A stretch of 64,000 bases of DNA from Phenylobacterium aquaticum (GTDB lineage: Bacteria > Pseudomonadota > Alphaproteobacteria > Caulobacterales > Caulobacteraceae), in NCBI RefSeq assembly GCF_947378715.1, contig NZ_CANCLE010000003.1:957-64956 (forward strand). The letters run 5' to 3'. Both the position numbers and the translations under genes were made by a program. The notes under the pieces are model-generated. The model was not told the DNA's origin. It made no database searches and worked only from the letters and a program-made list of their open reading frames with translations. Shown here one piece after another: positions 49,487 through 61,105 of the stretch (the stretch's first letter is position 1; each line of letters opens with the position of its first letter).

Positions 49487-49813
49487 ATGTCGGATGTCTC
49501 CCCTTCTCCCCAAGTCCTCACCCGGTCCCTGGCCGTTCCGCAGGGCGCGGCCGCAGCCGCGTTGCTGATCCAGCCGGTCCTGGCCCAGGTTGCGGGCGAC
49601 GACGCCCATCCGGTGTCGCTCAGCCTGGACTATGGCCCCGCCCTGGTCCCGGGCCAGACCGTGCGGGTGGAGGCCTGGGTCGACCGGGCGACCCGCACCA
49701 TCGTCTTCGCTCAGGCCCGCGTTCTGGCGCCGGATGGAGCGCTCGCGGTCCAGGCCTCGGCCGTGTTCCGTAGGGTCGTTCCCACGAACCCTGCTAAAGA
49801 GGACGGAACTTGA
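49487..49813 (+). CDS. Hotdog-fold (thioesterase-like) protein
   Basis: SLSLDY...V.VEAWVDRATRTIVFAQARV....ASAVF pattern. Confidence 0.7.
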   Translation: MSDVSPSPQVLTRSLAVPQGAAAAALLIQPVLAQVAGDDAHPVSLSLDYGPALVPGQTVRVEAWVDRATRTIVFAQARVLAPDGALAVQASAVFRRVVPTNPAKEDGT

Positions 49814-49999
49814 AGGCCCTAAAGGGCGCCGGCTTGGTTGCGGCGCCGAAAATCGCGTGCTAACAGGCGCGCGGCTTTGGGCCGGGGGGCCTCCCAGGTC
49901 CCAAGTGCCAGTGTTCTTTTCCGAGCGCTTTCAAGCCTTTAGGTCGCGGTGAAGAGTTCTTCCCCGGGGCCGTACATTCGCACCGGGCGGACAATATAA

Positions 50000-50554
50000 G
50001 TGGCGGACGATTCCAGGACTTCCAATGTGGGCGGCAGATACGCCCAGGCCCTCTTCGATCTGGCGACCGATGAGAAGATCGTCGCTGTCGTGGAGGCCGA
50101 CCTTCAGGCGCTGAAACGCATGAGCGCCGACTCCAAGGACTTCCGCACGCTGCTCGCGTCTCCGGCTTTCAGCGCCGAGCAGAAGGCCAAGGCGCTTTCG
50201 GCCCTGGCCGCCAAGGCCAAGCTGCACGCCACCACCCAGAAGTTCCTGGGCCTGCTGGCTCACAACGGCCGGGTTTCGGTTCTGATGTCGGTGGTCACCG
50301 GCTTCGAGGAACTGGCCGCCAAGGCGCGCGGCGCGATCGCCGCCCAGGTGGTCACCGCCATCCCGCTCACCGCCGCCCAGACCAAGGGCGTGGCTCAGGC
50401 CCTGCGCACCGCGCTGGGCGCTGATCCGGAAATTTCGACCCGCGTCGATCCGTCCATCCTGGGCGGCATCAAGGTGCAGGTCGGCTCCCGCCTATTCGAT
50501 GCTTCGCTTCGTTCGAAGCTCGATTCCCTCAAGTTCGCCCTGAAGAGAGCGTAA
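50000..50554 (+). CDS. atpH: ATP synthase F1 delta
   Basis: RYAQALF, VDPSILGG, DASL; GTG start. Confidence 0.95.
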   Translation: MADDSRTSNVGGRYAQALFDLATDEKIVAVVEADLQALKRMSADSKDFRTLLASPAFSAEQKAKALSALAAKAKLHATTQKFLGLLAHNGRVSVLMSVVTGFEELAAKARGAIAAQVVTAIPLTAAQTKGVAQALRTALGADPEISTRVDPSILGGIKVQVGSRLFDASLRSKLDSLKFALKRA

Positions 50555-52093
<1,539 letters not shown>

Positions 52094-52115
52094 GCGTCGG
52101 TTGGAGAGCTAGGGT

Positions 52116-52985
52116 ATGGCCAGCCTCAAGGAGATGCGCAATCGGATCGGAAGCGTGAAATCCACGCAGAAGATCACGAAGGCGCTGCAGATGGTCGCGG
52201 CGGCGAAGCTTCGCCGCTCGACCGAAGCGGCTCAGAACGCCCGGCCCTATGCGGAACGCATGGCTGCGGTGATCGCCAATCTGGCGGCGGGTGTGTCCGG
52301 CGACGGCGCGCCCAAGCTGCTGGTCGGCACCGGCAAGGACACCAAGCAGCTGGTGGTCGTCGCGACCTCCGACCGCGGCCTGGCCGGCGGCTTCAACACC
52401 TCGATCGTGCGCCTGGCGCGCGAGCGGATTTCGAAGCTGATCGCCGAGGGCAAGGACGTCCGCATCATCACCCTGGGTCGCAAGGCCCGCGACCAGCTGA
52501 AGCGCGCCTATGGCGACCGCTTCGTGGCCAGCTTCGAGGTGGGTGGCAATCCGGGCCTGGCCGTGGCCCAGCAGGTCTCGGCCAAGATCGGCGAACTGTT
52601 CGAGGCCGGCGAGGCCGATGTGGTCACGCTCGCCTTCTCGCGCTTCAAGTCCGTGGTCCTGCAGACCCCGACGCTCGCCCAGCTGATCCCGGCTCAGGTG
52701 ACGGGCTCCAAGCCCATCGACCTGAAGGGCGCGGCCTATGAATACGAGCCGGACGGGGAGACTATCCTCGAGACCCTGCTGCCGCGCAATCTGACGGTCC
52801 AGGTGCTGTCGGCGATGCTGGAGAACCAGGCCGGGTTCTTCGCCGCGCAGATGACGGCGATGGACAATGCGACCCGCAACGCCGGCGACATGATCGCCGC
52901 CCTCACCCTGAAATATAACCGTTCACGCCAGGCGCAGATCACCAAGGAGCTGATCGAGATCATCTCCGGCGCCGAAGCGATCTAA
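52116..52985 (+). CDS. atpG: ATP synthase F1 gamma
   Basis: [34 protein letters not shown]. Confidence 0.98.
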   Translation: MASLKEMRNRIGSVKSTQKITKALQMVAAAKLRRSTEAAQNARPYAERMAAVIANLAAGVSGDGAPKLLVGTGKDTKQLVVVATSDRGLAGGFNTSIVRLARERISKLIAEGKDVRIITLGRKARDQLKRAYGDRFVASFEVGGNPGLAVAQQVSAKIGELFEAGEADVVTLAFSRFKSVVLQTPTLAQLIPAQVTGSKPIDLKGAAYEYEPDGETILETLLPRNLTVQVLSAMLENQAGFFAAQMTAMDNATRNAGDMIAALTLKYNRSRQAQITKELIEIISGAEAI

Positions 52986-54572
<1,587 letters not shown>

Positions 54573-54577
54573 GTCCC

Positions 54578-54844
54578 ATGGCTGGCAAGATTCACTTCTC
54601 CCTCGTCTCCCCGGAACGCGAGCTGTTCTCGGGTGAGGTCGATCAGGTTGACGCGCCGGGGTCCGAAGGCGACTTCGGCGTGCTCGCCAACCACGCGCCG
54701 TTCATGACAGCGCTGAAGGAAGGGCGCGTGCGGGTCTATGCCGGCGGCAAGATCACCGACTTCGACGTCAAGGGCGGCTTCGCCGACGTGACGCCGGAAG
54801 GGCTCACCATTTTGGCTGAACACGCTCAGGCGGTCGCCAGCTAG
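54578..54844 (+). CDS. atpC: ATP synthase F1 epsilon (N-terminal domain only)
   Basis: LVSPE, PGSEGDFGVLANHAP, GGFA. Confidence 0.94.
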   Translation: MAGKIHFSLVSPERELFSGEVDQVDAPGSEGDFGVLANHAPFMTALKEGRVRVYAGGKITDFDVKGGFADVTPEGLTILAEHAQAVAS

Positions 54845-54938
54845 GCGATCAGCCTCGCCTTCGCCCTAAAGTCCGGCTAGGGGACTTGCGAGGGACGGCG
54901 ACTTTGAGTGTGATAATCGCCTAGTCAGGGGAACTTCC

Positions 54939-55631
54939 ATGCGTATCGCCTTCGCCAGTCTGATCGCCTTCGCCGGCGTCGCCACCGTCGCCGTCGCCCA
55001 GACGACGCCACCTGCGGCGCCCGCAACGGCCCCGGCCGCCGCACCTGTCGCGGCGCCGGCCCCCGCGGCGGATCCCGCCGCCGCCGCTGCTCCGGCCCCC
55101 GCGCCGGCCGCTGACGCTGCGGCTCCGGCTCCGCCGGAACCCACTCTGCCCACCGATGGCGACGGCGCCATCATCACCAATGTGCTGACCAAGGTCTGCA
55201 TTCCGCTGGTCAAGGGTGGTGACTACGCTCAGCTCGCGCTGGCCAACGGCATGAAGAAGGGCAAGAAGGACGGCAATATCATCTTCACCCTGCCGCTCAC
55301 CGGCGGGACGAAGGACTATATGCTGACCCTGGAGAACCCCGGTTCCAACAAGCAGGTCTGCTCGCTGAGCCTGAAATACGTGCTCGACGGCGAGAAGCCG
55401 ATCATCCGCTCGCTCAACATCTGGGCCTATCTGCACGATCCCTACATGGCCGCGCAGCGCAACGACTACGTGCCGGCCACGGACGTGAAGCGGATCACCA
55501 ATTCCTGGGAATATTTCACCGACCACGAGTCCCAGGGTCTGGTTTTGGTCCAGCTGAAGAAGCCCGACGGCTCGCCCCTGAACGCCAAGTTCGACCAGGC
55601 GACCCTGCTCTATAGCGAGCGCACCTTCTAA
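54939..55631 (+). CDS. Secreted hypothetical protein with Ala/Pro-rich linker
   Basis: Signal peptide (AVA-Q), ~45-aa PAAP linker, globular domain with two Cys; strong codon bias. Confidence 0.8.
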   Translation: MRIAFASLIAFAGVATVAVAQTTPPAAPATAPAAAPVAAPAPAADPAAAAAPAPAPAADAAAPAPPEPTLPTDGDGAIITNVLTKVCIPLVKGGDYAQLALANGMKKGKKDGNIIFTLPLTGGTKDYMLTLENPGSNKQVCSLSLKYVLDGEKPIIRSLNIWAYLHDPYMAAQRNDYVPATDVKRITNSWEYFTDHESQGLVLVQLKKPDGSPLNAKFDQATLLYSERTF

Positions 55632-55659
55632 GGCGCTGGCCGACCACGCGACGATTTCG

Positions 55660-55685
55660 AGGCGCCGGGGGAAACTCCGGCGCCT
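55660..55685. terminator. Hairpin between convergent genes
   Basis: AGGCGCCGGGG-gaaa-CTCCGGCGCCT. Confidence 0.6.
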
Positions 55686-55713
55686 TCTTCGTGGATGCGG
55701 ATCGGATCGGCGG

Positions 55714-56457
55714 TCAGCCGATCCAGGTCAGGACGGCGGCGGCGACCTCTTCCCAGCCAGGCTCGCCCGGCAGCCAGTGGCTCATCCCCGGCCATTCCAG
55801 ATAGGCCCCGCCAATTCGCTCGGCGGTCTGACGCACGGTGGCCGGTGGGTGGATCACGTCGCGACTGCCGGCCATCACCAGGCTGCGGACCTTCAGCGGG
55901 CCCGGACCCAGGCTGGTGGTCATCAGCGGGTCCATCCACCAGTTCAGGGTTTCCCACAGGGCGCGACCGCTTTCCGGGCGCATGCGGGCGACGGCGGCCT
56001 CGCGCTCGGGCTTGGGCAGCCGGTCGACGCTATAGGTGCGGGCCAGAGTTCCATCCGGCTGGATGGCCTGGATCCAGAACGGCCCCATCATGTGCAGGCT
56101 GACGGCGGAAACCGCCTCCTCGATGGTGGAGGCGGCCACGCCCCAGGGCGGCGAGGGCGCCAGCAGCACCAGGCCCTCAAGCTCGCAACGCCGCGACGCC
56201 AGCTGGGCCACCAGCCCCCCCATGGAGTGGCCGATCAGGATCGGCGGCTCCGGCTCGGCGGCGCAGACCTTGGCCACAGCGCGCGCATAGTCGGTGATCG
56301 ACACCCCGGTCACCGCATGGCCCGGGTCGCCAGGGGCGTGTCCGGGCAGGTCCAGGGCGATGACCTTGAGGCCCGCCGCCTCGAAGGGCTCGCGGAAGCG
56401 CTCGAAGATCCATCCGCCGCAGAAGGCGCCATGCACCATGATGACCGAAGACGCCAA
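55714..56457 (-). CDS. Alpha/beta-fold hydrolase
   Basis: VHGAFCGGW, GHSMGG nucleophile elbow, D, SH; TTG start. Confidence 0.9.
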   Translation of the reverse strand: MASSVIMVHGAFCGGWIFERFREPFEAAGLKVIALDLPGHAPGDPGHAVTGVSITDYARAVAKVCAAEPEPPILIGHSMGGLVAQLASRRCELEGLVLLAPSPPWGVAASTIEEAVSAVSLHMMGPFWIQAIQPDGTLARTYSVDRLPKPEREAAVARMRPESGRALWETLNWWMDPLMTTSLGPGPLKVRSLVMAGSRDVIHPPATVRQTAERIGGAYLEWPGMSHWLPGEPGWEEVAAAVLTWIG

Positions 56458-56509
56458 TGGGGCTCCGTTTCAGATTGTCCGCTAAACCCCGCCAGGGGGC
56501 GCGGCCAGG

Positions 56510-56986
56510 CTATCCCGCGAAATCGTGGAAGGCCTGGGCTACCGCCTCATAGGTCGCCCGCTTGAAGGGCACAACGAGGTCTAGGGCTTCGGAGAGCTTT
56601 CCCCACCGCCAGGCGTCGAATTCGGGCTCGCCGTGCGCCATCAGGTCGATTTCGGTCTCATCGCCGTCGAAGCGCAGCGCGAACCAGACCTGGCGCTGAC
56701 CCCTCCAGCCGCGGGTGACCTTGCCGCCCTGGTGGTCGGCCGGAAAGTCGTAGGTGAGCCAGCCGTCGGTGCGGCCCAGCAGAGTGGCCGAGCGGACCCC
56801 GGTCTCCTCCGCCAGCTCCCGACGGGCTGCCGTCTCAAGGTCCTCGCCGGCGTCGACGCCCCCTTGCGGGAACTGCCAGTTATAGGGCTCAGGGGTGTTG
56901 TGACGCCGCCCAAGCCAGACGCGGCCGTCGGCATGGAACAGCACCACCCCGACATTGGGACGATAGGCAGAGAGGTCTTCGGTCAT
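56510..56986 (-). CDS. rppH: RNA pyrophosphohydrolase
   Basis: YRPNVG, WQFPQGG, Nudix box RELAEETG, GQRQVWF, PFKR..Y. Confidence 0.93.
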   Translation of the reverse strand: MTEDLSAYRPNVGVVLFHADGRVWLGRRHNTPEPYNWQFPQGGVDAGEDLETAARRELAEETGVRSATLLGRTDGWLTYDFPADHQGGKVTRGWRGQRQVWFALRFDGDETEIDLMAHGEPEFDAWRWGKLSEALDLVVPFKRATYEAVAQAFHDFAG

Positions 56987-58143
56987 TTCCGGGTCATGAG
57001 AGCCGAGGCCGGGGCCAGCTGATAGCCCCGATCCTCCACCGAGCGCGCCCATTGCGCCACCTGGCCGATGGTCACCGGATAGGCGAAGGCCGAGCCCAGG
57101 GCCTGGCCGCGCTGCAAGGCGCCGGCTTCCAGGGCCAGCAGCTGCTGGTCGATGGAATCCGCCGACAGTTGGTCGTCGATGATCCGGTCGGCCGAGGCGC
57201 GGGGAATGCCGCCCCGCCGCTGCGCCGCCGAGCCGTCGTCGATGAAGGCCAGGCCCCGGCTGCGCAGGGCGTCGGAGAAAGCGCCCATGGCCGGATCGGT
57301 GGCCATGAACTTCGAGCCCAGATAGTTGGTCACCCCGAAATAGCCGGTGGCGCGGCTGAGCAGCCATTCCAGCTTCTTGACGGTCTCGGCCGGCATGGCC
57401 CGCGACATCAGGGTGTAGGGGCCGGGATCATTGTCCGGATAGTCCACCGGCTCCATGGGCGCTTCCAGCAGCACCTCATGGCCGTTGGCGCGGGCCAGGT
57501 CGATCCAGCCTTGCAGGCCCTCCGAATAGGGCACGAAAGACAGGGTGATCTCCGGCGGCAGGCCCTCGATGGCCTGGCGGGTCGCCGAGGCGTTGAGCCC
57601 CAGCCCGCCGATCACCAGGGAGATCTTTGGCCGGCCGTTGGAGGTGAAGGGCCGGGCATAGGCCTGGGCTGGGGTGCGGCCGTCGCCACCGATCACCGGC
57701 AGCGGGCCATTGGGGCCATTGATCGTGACGCCCTGAATCGGCGCCTGGGGCAGGGGATCTGCGGCGCGGAAGGCGCGGCCGCCGGGCAGGGTGATGGTGG
57801 CCATGCCCCCGGGGCCGATCGGGCTTTCCGACAGGCTATAGATATCCTCGGTGATCAGGGGCTGGCCCGGATGCTCGGCCAGCAGGGCCTCGCGCCAGCC
57901 GGGCGGCGCGGCCATGGCGGCGACCTTGGCGAGCGAGATGCGCACCACCGGCGTGCCGGCCTGGGGATCGCCGATCGTGGCGATCAGCCCGACGGTGGTC
58001 AGCAGGAACAGGCCGGCGGCGGCGCCGGCGCTGACATAGGGATTGGCCACGGCCCGCATCAGGGCCTCGGGCGGCCGGAACCCGCCGCTCGGGGCGGCCG
58101 GAACGGTGGGATAGGTCTTCCGGGAAAAGGCGGGCATGGGCAT
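56983..58143 (-). CDS. Divergent polysaccharide deacetylase family protein
   Basis: TM anchor; GHEVLLEAPMEP.DYP..DPGP, NYLGS, FIDDG; ATGA overlap with rppH. Confidence 0.88.
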   Translation of the reverse strand: MPMPAFSRKTYPTVPAAPSGGFRPPEALMRAVANPYVSAGAAAGLFLLTTVGLIATIGDPQAGTPVVRISLAKVAAMAAPPGWREALLAEHPGQPLITEDIYSLSESPIGPGGMATITLPGGRAFRAADPLPQAPIQGVTINGPNGPLPVIGGDGRTPAQAYARPFTSNGRPKISLVIGGLGLNASATRQAIEGLPPEITLSFVPYSEGLQGWIDLARANGHEVLLEAPMEPVDYPDNDPGPYTLMSRAMPAETVKKLEWLLSRATGYFGVTNYLGSKFMATDPAMGAFSDALRSRGLAFIDDGSAAQRRGGIPRASADRIIDDQLSADSIDQQLLALEAGALQRGQALGSAFAYPVTIGQVAQWARSVEDRGYQLAPASALMTRK

Positions 58144-58174
58144 GCGAAGCTCCTGCCCGAGAGGGTGAATGAAC

Positions 58175-58195
58175 ATGGTTAATGAATGACTTAAC
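58175..58195 (-). promoter_or_regulatory. CtrA half-site TTAACCAT (with second TTAA at N8)
   Basis: Minus strand GTTAAGTCATTCATTAACCAT, about 30 nt upstream of the deacetylase ATG. Confidence 0.55.
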
Positions 58196-58294
58196 GGGCC
58201 GACGGCCAGGGGCGAGGAACCTTCGGCCGGCCACGGGGTTTGCGCGCTGGCCTAGCGCGCGCAAGATCGTCGCGGCGGGCCAGGGGAGGCGGGC

Positions 58295-58939
58295 ATGGCG
58301 TCCAGATTGAAGGTCGGGGTCGATGTGCCCTGGGTGACCAGTTGGACCTCCGAGGCCCTGCTGGGGGTCGGGCCCTGCGCGACCGTCGACGGTCGCCTGG
58401 CCATCGGTCAGGCCGAGCGGCCGGGCGAGGGCAAGCCGCAATATTCGCGCAATCACCTGCGCCGCCAGCGCGACAGCGTGCGCCGCATGCTCTGCCCCAT
58501 GTGCGGTGAGCCGACCGCGCCCGGGGATCGTTGGCATCAGACCGGCAAGCTGATGGCGGTCGGCGCGCTGCGGGCCCGGGGTCTGGGGGCCGTCACCCCT
58601 GCGGACCTCCCCGACGCCCAGATCGTGCTGAACGCCGGCGCGATCTCCCCCAGCCACAAGGCCTGCGCGGAGCGGGCGCTGGAGCATTGCCCGCACCTGG
58701 GCGCCGATCCCGACCCGACGATCCGGCCGTTCCCGGCCCGCTGGGCGGTGTTTCCGCTGACGGTGGAGGCCCAGGCGCCGGGCGGGGCCTTGCTGGCTGC
58801 GCCGCGACCGCCGATCTCGGTGATCAGCTTCCTGCAGCTGGTGGGGGTCACCGACGGCATGCAGCGCGATTGGCGCCAGAGGTTGAAGGCCGAGACCGGA
58901 CCTAGCCGATCCAGCGCAGGGCGCGTGCGAACAGGCTGA
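58295..58939 (+). CDS. Hypothetical putative Zn-binding protein
   Basis: GGAGG RBS; VPWVTSW, H..RQR, CPMCG, H..C, CPHL. Confidence 0.75.
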   Translation: MASRLKVGVDVPWVTSWTSEALLGVGPCATVDGRLAIGQAERPGEGKPQYSRNHLRRQRDSVRRMLCPMCGEPTAPGDRWHQTGKLMAVGALRARGLGAVTPADLPDAQIVLNAGAISPSHKACAERALEHCPHLGADPDPTIRPFPARWAVFPLTVEAQAPGGALLAAPRPPISVISFLQLVGVTDGMQRDWRQRLKAETGPSRSSAGRVRTG

Positions 58940-59930
58940 GCGTCTGGGCGTGCAGGCGATCGCCCGTGGGCTTGGGCGCGCGGCCTGCGCAGGCCCGGGC
59001 GTGGGTGCCTTCCAGGATGATGCCCAGCTTGTAGCAGGCCAGGACGGCGTACCAGTCGAGGCTGGCGAGATCGCGCGCCGTGCGCGGGCGGTAATGTTCG
59101 ACCAACTGGGCGGCGGTGGGGAACCCGGTCCAGGGCTTGACGGTGACCACCGACGGATCGGGGATCTCGCCCTCCGGCCAGGTGGCCATCAGCCAGCCGA
59201 GATCCAGCAGGGGATCGCCGATGGTGGTCAGCTCCCAGTCGACGATGGCCGCCAGTTCCGGCCCGTCATGGCGATACATGACATTGGCCAGGTGATAGTC
59301 GCCGTGGATGATGCCGGGGATGAAGCTTTGCGGTTGGTTGGCGGTCAGCCAGGCGGCGACCTTGTCCACGCCGGGGATCTCAGCCGGTCCGGTCCAGCCT
59401 TCGAACTCTGAATAGGACGCGAGCTGGCCCTTCCAGCGCTCCACCTGGCGGCCGAGATAGTTGTCCGGCTTGCCGAACCCCTCAAGCCCAAGGGCGCGGT
59501 AGTCGAGCGCGCCCAGGGCGGCGATGCCCTCGACCAGGGCCAGGCCCATGCGGTGGCGGATATCCGGCGATCCCGCATGCAGGGGCGGCAGGCCGGTGGT
59601 CGGATTGAAGCCGTCGATCGGCTCCATCAGATAGAAGGCCGCCCCGATGACGTCCTCCTCCGGACAGGCGGCGATCAGACGCGGATGCGGCACGCCCGTT
59701 TCGGCGATGGCCGCCAGCATCCGGGCCTCGCGGCGCATGGTCTCATTGGAATTGGCCCGAAGATGCGGCGGCGGCCGGCGCAGGACATAGGTCCGCTCCC
59801 CGCGCCGGAACTTCAGCAGGATGTTCTGGGTGCCGCCGGCCAGCAGGGCGGCGTCCTCCAGCGGGCCCGCGCCCAGGCCCTGACGATCCATCCAGGCGCT
59901 GAGCGCGCCCAGGTCCACTGCCGTTTCCAC
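58902..59930 (-). CDS. APH-like phosphotransferase (ACAD10/11 N-terminal type)
   Basis: GGTQN, VLRRPP, RE, HGDYHLANV, DWELTTIGDPL.DLG. Confidence 0.9.
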   Translation of the reverse strand: METAVDLGALSAWMDRQGLGAGPLEDAALLAGGTQNILLKFRRGERTYVLRRPPPHLRANSNETMRREARMLAAIAETGVPHPRLIAACPEEDVIGAAFYLMEPIDGFNPTTGLPPLHAGSPDIRHRMGLALVEGIAALGALDYRALGLEGFGKPDNYLGRQVERWKGQLASYSEFEGWTGPAEIPGVDKVAAWLTANQPQSFIPGIIHGDYHLANVMYRHDGPELAAIVDWELTTIGDPLLDLGWLMATWPEGEIPDPSVVTVKPWTGFPTAAQLVEHYRPRTARDLASLDWYAVLACYKLGIILEGTHARACAGRAPKPTGDRLHAQTLSLFARALRWIG

Positions 59931-60079
59931 CCTGTCTCGTCCTTCGCGCGGATGTTTCCGTCGCCGCCATAGCGGCCATCCGCGAGGCGCTTGGCAATGA
60001 TGTCGTGGCGGAAGGCGGTTCAGGTCTTGCCGGTTCCGTCCCGCTGCGGCTCAGTACGGCCCTGTCACGCGGGGGCGAC

Positions 60080-61105
60080 ATGCGCAGGCTGATTCTGATT
60101 CTCGGGCTGTTGTTCGCGCCGCTGGCGGCCCAGGCCGCGCCGATCCCGATCAAGGTGGTGGTGCTCACCACCTTCGAGGCCGGCGCCGACACCGGCGACG
60201 CGCCGGGCGAATTCCAGGCCTGGGCTGAGCGCTATCCCCTGACCCAGACCCTGGCCGTGCCCGGCATCGAACGGCCGGTGCGGCTGTCGGACGATGGCGT
60301 GCTGGGCGTGGTCACCGGCATGCGCGGCCGGGCGCGGGAGAGCGTCGCCGCCCTGGCCCTGTCGCCGCAGTTCGATCTCAGCCACGCCTATTGGATCGTG
60401 GCCGGCATCGCCGGCGTCGATCCGCGCACCGGCTCGATCGGCTCGGCGGCCTGGGCCCGCTACGTGGTCGACGCCGACCCGGCCTATGAGATGGACGACC
60501 GCGAGATCCCCGCCGACTGGCCCAACGGCCTCTATGGCCCAGGCGCCGGAAAGCCCGGCCTGAAGGGCGCCGCGCCAGGGTCCAGCGACATGGTCTGGGC
60601 GCTCAATCCCGGCCTCACCGACTGGGCCTATGGCCTGACCCGCAATGTGGCCCTGCCCGACTCCGCCACCTTGCAGACCGATCGCGCCCGCTATCCCAGC
60701 GAGCCCGAGGCGCTGAAGCCGCCGCACGTCTTTCTTGGCGATGTGCTGGGGACCACCCGCTTCTGGCATGGAACCCGGCGCACCGAGTGGGCGCGGGCCT
60801 GGATCAAGACTTGGACGGACGGCAAGGGCGTCTTCGCCATGACCGATTGCGAGGACCAGGGGATCCTGGATGTGCTCAGCCTCTTTGGCCGCCAGGGACG
60901 GGTCGACGCCCGGCGCGTGCTCGTCCTGCGCACCGCCAGCAACTATTCCCGCGAGGGCGACGCCGATAGCCCGGTCCTGAAGTTCGCGCAGGGCGGGCCC
61001 CGCGCCGGATTCGAGGCCGCCTGGCTGACCGGCGCGCCGGTGGTCAAGGCCCTGGTCGCCGGCTGGGCGACCTACGAGACCAACCTGCCGGGAGCCGCAA
61101 AATGA
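60080..61105 (+). CDS. NUP (purine nucleoside permease)-family secreted protein
   Basis: Signal peptide (AQA); KVVVLTTFE, FDLSHAYWIVAGIAGVDP, GSAAWA, TDCEDQG, LRTASNY. Confidence 0.85.
   Translation: MRRLILILGLLFAPLAAQAAPIPIKVVVLTTFEAGADTGDAPGEFQAWAERYPLTQTLAVPGIERPVRLSDDGVLGVVTGMRGRARESVAALALSPQFDLSHAYWIVAGIAGVDPRTGSIGSAAWARYVVDADPAYEMDDREIPADWPNGLYGPGAGKPGLKGAAPGSSDMVWALNPGLTDWAYGLTRNVALPDSATLQTDRARYPSEPEALKPPHVFLGDVLGTTRFWHGTRRTEWARAWIKTWTDGKGVFAMTDCEDQGILDVLSLFGRQGRVDARRVLVLRTASNYSREGDADSPVLKFAQGGPRAGFEAAWLTGAPVVKALVAGWATYETNLPGAAK

Noticed and set aside
58179..58195. Full CtrA box TTAA-N7-TTAA
   Set aside because: Spacer is 8 nt; only the half-site is supported.
59931..60079. Purine riboswitch ahead of the NUP/NCS2 genes
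   Set aside because: GC-rich hairpins exist (59947-59984) but I could not see any known aptamer consensus; an Rfam search would settle it.
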